Of a stretch of DNA of 64,000 nucleotides, positions 58,982 through 64,000 are shown one piece after another. Numbering within the stretch: the stretch's first letter is position 1; each line of letters begins with the position of its first letter. The position numbers and the translations under genes are program-made. Location: NCBI GenBank assembly GCA_965113315.1, contig OZ220375.1. The stretch is one strand, 5' to 3'. This stretch comes from Podarcis vaucheri (taxonomy: Eukaryota). A model generated the notes under the pieces. The model was not told where the DNA came from. It searched no databases and was given only the letters and a program-made list of their open reading frames with translations.

Positions 58982-59874
58982 ATACAGAATATTGTTTCAG
59001 ATGCCCTGATGATCAATATCCAATTATGAGCAGAGATAGATGCATCCCAAGAACAATAAACTTTCTTTCTTTTGAAGAACCATTGGGGATCAGTTTAGCC
59101 TCAACGGCTGTTTCTTCTGCCTTTATCACAGTTTTGGTGCTAGGAACCTTTCTGAGGTATCATAATACCCCCATTGTAAAAGCCAATAACAGGGATCTCA
59201 CTTACACCCTTCTCATCTGCCTCCTTCTCTGCTTCCTCTCTTCGTTGCTTTTCCTGGGCAAACCCAATAAAGTGACCTGCCTCCTCCGACAACCAACATC
59301 TGGCATTATATTCTCAGCAGCTATTTCATGCATCTTGGCCAAAACCATCACAGTGGTCCTAGCTTTCAAACCAGGATCGAACATGATGAAGTGGGTGGGG
59401 AAAAGACTGGGAAACTCCATTGTCTTTCTCTGCACTCTTATCCCAGCAAATATTTGCATGGTGTGGCTGGCAACCTCTCCCCCCTTTGCTGATTTAGACA
59501 TGCAATCGCTAGAGAAAGAAATAATTGTAAAATGCAACGAAGCGCCACTTTTCATGTTTTACTTAGTCTTGGGTTACATACACTTTTTGGCCATTGCGAG
59601 TTTCATTATGGCATTTGTAGCCCGTGAATTACCTGACAGCTTTAACGAAGCCAAGTTTCTTGCATTTAGCATGGTGCTCTTTTGCAGTGTTTGGCTGTCT
59701 TTTGTTCCAGCCTACCTGAGCACAAGTGGAAAAGACATGGTGGCTGTGGAAATCTTCTCCATCTTGGCCTCAAGTGCTGGGCTGCTGGGTTTCATTTTTG
59801 CCCCTAAATGCTATATCCTTCTGCTGAAACCTGAGCTGAACAACAAACAACAACTACTAAGAAGAAGAAAATAA
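58982..59874 (+). CDS. V2R gene F exon 6 (7TM; open but degenerate)
   Basis: tttcag|AT; 893 nt; TPIVKANN retained; AFKPGS lacks MAT. Confidence 0.8.
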
Positions 59875-59877
59875 TCC

Positions 59878-59928
59878 GTGCATTTTTCTGCTATGTGCAT
59901 TTTTCTGCTATGTGCATTTTTCTGCTAT
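59878..59928. repeat. Tandem repeat (GTGCATTTTTCTGCTAT)x3
   Basis: Three perfect 17-mers directly after the F stop codon. Confidence 0.9.
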
Positions 59929-60727
59929 TATATTTTTATTTTTGAAAAGTAAGGGTTTAGCATAGAATGATATGGCTATTATATTAATCACACAATTTTA
60001 TCTAAAATTATTTACTAATCTCTCCAGAAAGTTTCTGACGCTCCTAACCTCTGCTATTGCACCAATTGCCTGCACCACATAACTGTCACTAGGCCTGCCC
60101 CATGTGTTGGATTCTGCACATTTAAGTGAGCCAGGGAGCCAGCTGCACTGTTCAATTGTAGGAGAGCCAGCTTCATTGCAGCATAATATGGGATAGAATG
60201 GCATGGCTGTTAAATAACAGGACAATATGAAGATAAAAGATCGAATTCAACACAACAAAATGATGCTGAGGAGAGCTACAAACATGTGTAGCGGAGAACA
60301 GGCACAAGACACAAGGTTTCAAAACATCAGTGCCTTTTGATGGCTCATTTAATTGAGCTGAGACACAGTACATGTAGGATCTCCCCTCTTTCCCTGTTCT
60401 CATTCTTGAGGCTTTACTTTTGGAACAGGTATAAGGAAAACATTTTCCTTCTAATTTAGGGACTCATGAGCCAATTTGCATGAGAGGAAAGGTGAGTGTT
60501 CCTGCCCGCCCCTCTATGCCATCCACTACTGATTAAGTCCTAGACGTTTACCTTTTGTCACCACCTTTGCCTCAGTTCCTCACATTCCATTCCTGAGAAA
60601 GTTACTTCAGGCAAAAGGACCTGTCCTAAATCTTCTCCTGTGGTGACAACATATGGAAAAAATTCATTCAGTTTTTCTACAGTCTCTTTTTCTTCCCTTC
60701 ACTTCATTGTTATTGAAAGGCCTAACT

Positions 60728-61221
60728 TTGGCAAAGGGTGTTTAAAGAGTTAACTGGAGTTAAAGCTGACTGAAAGTCCAGAGGTAGCATTACTATCAAT
60801 TATATGGTGGGGTGGAAGGTACACAGACTATGAAGGACTTGCTCACATATTTATTGACAGCTGCACAAGTTATTATAGGTAGGAAGTGGAAGGGGCAAGG
60901 TGAATATAAAATGGAAGAATTGTACGAAGAGGTGTGGGATATAGCTATTAAGGATAAATTAACATGTGCTATTAAGGTAAGACAGGGGATATGCAGGAGA
61001 AAGGATTCTGAGGAGATATGGAAGGTGTTTGCAGAATTTGTACTGTTAAAACGGAAAGGGGTCAAACCATTGTAAGAGGTGTTGAAATTTTGGGATGTTG
61101 GATTGTTACAATAGTTTTGGGGGTGGGGTGCACATTTTCATTCTTATTTATTTACTATTACTACTTTGTCAAAATAAAAATAAAATTATTAATTAAAAAA
61201 AGCTACTAAAAGTAAAAGAAA
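60728..61221 (+). mobile_element. L1 LINE 3' fragment
   Basis: YLLTAAQVIIGRKWK ORF2 C-terminal motif, A-rich tail, 13-bp TSD GAAAGGCCTAACT (60715-27, 61222-34). Confidence 0.85.
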
Positions 61222-61294
61222 GAAAGGCCTAACTGCCATCCAAGTGATCATCTGTTTCTTATGCATTGAAATAATGTTTTATTGTTGGTCTTTG

Positions 61295-61317
61295 TATCTA
61301 TCATCTATCTATCTATC

Positions 61318-61357
<40 letters not shown>
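61295..61357. repeat. (TATC)n microsatellite
   Basis: Directly visible. Confidence 0.95.
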
Positions 61358-61358
<1 letters not shown>

Positions 61359-61573
61359 GCAAAATCCTCTTTGAATTGTGCTTGCACTTCTTTTGCAGGA
61401 TATGTTTCCTTTCATCTTTCTTATTTGGAAAAGGCTTTCTTTTTCTGAAGGAAGCTTTCTTGCAGCTTATAGCTTCCTTGACATTACTCATTAATGATAC
61501 ATGAATCCTGTTGGCCCTGAACCGTGGTATGCAGTCCAATAAAATTGCATTAAAAATATATTGATACAAAGAC

Positions 61574-62370
61574 TCTCCTTCCTGCAAGAGAGGGGAGTGG
61601 TTGTGGCCGGGAGCCGGACTCCGCCTCAAGCAGGGGGCGTTTGCCCCCTGCCTCCCACTCACCTGGCTGGCGCCCATGCCCTCGGTCAGGCACCCAACCA
61701 GGTGCCTTCAAGGGGGCGTGTACAGCAGCCTGAATTGCTGCGGTGCCAGCCTCCAGCCCTCACTTTTGTCGTCCCGTCGCGAGTCACCCACCCTCCACTC
61801 CCTTAGAGCAGGGTTTCCAGTTTTCTCTTGGCCTTGCTATGGACCTTAGGTTGGTCGCCCTGGTTGTCCGGGGGGCCTGGTAGGAATTTTTCCATTTGGC
61901 ATTAGGCTTTTTGGTTTTTTTCGCCTACCTCATAGCAATCGTCACAACTTTCGTGGTATTGGTGGGTAGGTTAGGCATTGGAATAATGTGTTGTGGTGTC
62001 AAAGGGCTAGGTGTGGCCATCGCCTGCGCCTTCAATTTCTGGGTATTCCGTTCAAGGAATCTGGCGGTCGTGTATTCTGTCCGATGCCTGCTTGGCGGAA
62101 GGCCATGGCACGACCCTCGGTGACATCAGGGGAGAACCTATAGTTGGATTAGCATCAACAGGCTCCACCTACTGGTGAATAAACCCCCTTTGTTTTTTAG
62201 ACTCACCCCTCTCCGAGTGGGTGGAGTCAGCTGATGTAATCCAATGCCTAAGCCAATACCTTTTCACTTGCTGTAATCAATAAAGTTGTGGCCTTTTCTT
62301 GCCCATTAACCTTATATCACGTGTCCTTGTGTTACATTCCGCTGCGCGGGGTTCGGGTCCTCGAACCACA
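61574..62370 (+). mobile_element. LTR-like / DIRS(Ngaro)-like repeat, copy 3 of 3
   Basis: Same colinear motifs as copies 1 and 2; CpG-rich. Confidence 0.65.
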
Positions 62371-62382
62371 AATCAAACCGAT

Positions 62383-62419
<37 letters not shown>

Positions 62420-62648
62420 TCACAGAATCATAGAGTTGGAAGGGACCCTGAGAACCATCTAGTCAAACCCCTGAAATGAAGGAATATGCATCTGTCCCTT
62501 ACAGGGATCAAATCTGTAACCTCGGAGTTATCAGCACCATACTCTGAGCAAGATGATGTACATGATTCTTCCTATCCACATGTTTACAACAACCTGATGA
62601 GGTAGGGTAGGCTGAGAGAGAGAAAGCAGCTAGCCCAAGGACACAGAA

Positions 62649-62863
62649 CAGGGCTTTCTAAACTTTGTGTCATGACAGGTTAGTAATTTGGCCGCAGTGT
62701 GCAGGTGTGTCACACAAACGGTCCCCACACTCCCACCCACCCACCCTGGGCTGGCAAGGGGTTAGCTTAACCTCTGGTTTGCAAGTAAAATTGAATTATT
62801 ATGCCAAAAAATGATGCATGTTTAAAAAGTGTGTCACCAATATGAAAAGTTTGGAAAGCTCTA
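62649..62863. mobile_element. hAT-like MITE
   Basis: TIRs CAGGGCTTTCTAAACT / AGTTTGGAAAGCTCTA; degenerate 8-bp TSD acacagaa/acccagag. Confidence 0.65.
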
Positions 62864-63268
62864 ACCCAGAGTGAGCTTCATGACTGCATGGGGATTGTAA
62901 CTCTAGTCTGAACCACAACCATAATGGTGTGTGTGTGTGTAATGGCTTTGCACAGCCTTTAACCCCGTCAGCCCAATAGCTCAGATATGGGGGCATCAGG
63001 TTGGCCCACCATGGATCAAACTGGGGGACAAGCCACACCCCATCCCAGCTGCACTCCTGAATAAATTTTGGGACATGGCTAATGCTTAATTTAAATAAAT
63101 TATTCACATTCCACAGTATGTGTTTTCCCCAAAAAATATTTTATAAAATTTTAGTAACTAGACACAGGTTACATAGAAAAGAAAAGAAAAAGAATTGAAC
63201 AAAATACATTCTCAGAAAATTGTTTGTCTGAAGCCTTCCAAAAGGCATACATGGAAGGAAAGTCAGCT

Positions 63269-63719
63269 TAGAATCATAGAATCATAGAATCATAGAATCA
63301 TAGAATCATAGAGTTGGAAGAGACCACAAGGGCCATCGAGTCCAACCCCCTGCCAAGCAGGAAACACCATCGGAGCACTCCTGACATATGGTTGTCAAGC
63401 TTCTGCTTAAAGACCTCCAAAGAAGGAGACTCCACCACACTCCTTGGCAGCAAATTCCACTGTCGAACAGCTCTTACTGTCAGGAAGTTCTTCCTAATGT
63501 TTAGGTGGAATCTTCTTTCTTGTAGTTTGGATCCATTGCTCCGTGTCCGCTTCTCCGGAGCAGCAGAAAACAACCTTTCTCCCTCCTCTATGTGACATCC
63601 TTTTATATATTTGAACATGGCTATCATATCACCCCTTAACCTCCTCTTCTCCAGGCTAAACATGCCCAGCTCCCTTAGCCGTTCCTCATAAGGCATCATT
63701 TCCAGGCCTTTGACCATTT
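63269..63719 (-). mobile_element. CR1 LINE 3' end (young, 5'-truncated)
   Basis: YEERLRELGMFSLEKRRLRGDMI..WNLLP..FKQKLD; (ATTCTATG)n tail. Confidence 0.93.
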
Positions 63720-64000
63720 TGCTTGTTTCTTTACAGTACTAAACACACATTCAACTGTTCGGATATCTGAGTCTGTGGTGCATATAACAAGGTTTGGGTC
63801 CTAATTACTCATGTTAGAATACGAGATTTTTTCATATAAAAAGTATTTGGATAGTGGGACCTGTGTATTGAAAATATAAACAAATGGCAAAAAAGTGATC
63901 TCAGGTACGTTTGCTACTGGAATATATACAGAGGGAGAGAGAGAATTTGGTCTTCAACTTTTAACTATCACATATTTAAAATTTACCAGAGTGAAGGGAG

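Larger units (their letters stand above)
51061..59874 (+). pseudogene. V2R gene F, probable pseudogene: exons 51061..51275, 52482..52773, 53858..54696, 55434..55659, 56530..(gap), 58982..59874
   Basis: 1-nt deletions at ~53951 (exon 3, stop at 54005-07), ~55494 and ~55545 (exon 4) and ~56538 (exon 5); 9-nt loss of conserved MAT in exon 6; many conserved-motif substitutions. Confidence 0.8.

Noticed and set aside
59878-59928. Regular short repeats as a possible CRISPR-like array
   Set aside because: No spacers; simple tandem repeat in a vertebrate genome.
1-64000. A wholly new gene family or prokaryote-type system
   Set aside because: All coding signal is explained by V2R exons and transposon remnants.

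Overview
Vertebrate DNA, almost certainly a squamate and probably a lacertid lizard (inferred from Sauria and Squam3-type SINEs). The window is part of a vomeronasal type-2 receptor (V2R, class C GPCR) gene cluster with six loci sharing the canonical 6-exon layout. A (+) is 5'-partial with exons 3-6. B (-), C (-), D (+) and E (+) have intact reading frames of about 876-880 aa. F (+) is frameshifted and a probable pseudogene. C and D sit head-to-head as an imperfect inverted duplication. Introns and intergenic DNA carry L1, L2 and CR1 LINE fragments, SINEs, Tc1/pogo and hAT MITEs, solo LTRs, DIRS-like repeats and two Penelope-like fragments with minimal hammerhead ribozyme motifs. Main observations: (1) B and C look like D-5'/E-3' chimeras that keep a dead half copy of exon 5 at the junction. 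(2) Exon-limited gene conversion tracts link the paralogs. (3) Gene C has a weakened exon-5 donor followed by an in-frame stop, an LTR-derived AATAAA and a sense hammerhead, which could give a secreted ectodomain isoform. (4) Several insertions have unusually long (36 to ~110 bp) flanking duplications. (5) A promoter module is conserved across five paralogs. No new gene family is evident; the novelty lies in cluster architecture. There are two assembly gaps (1557-1725, 56596-56795). Repeat family names come from motif recognition only, not database searches.
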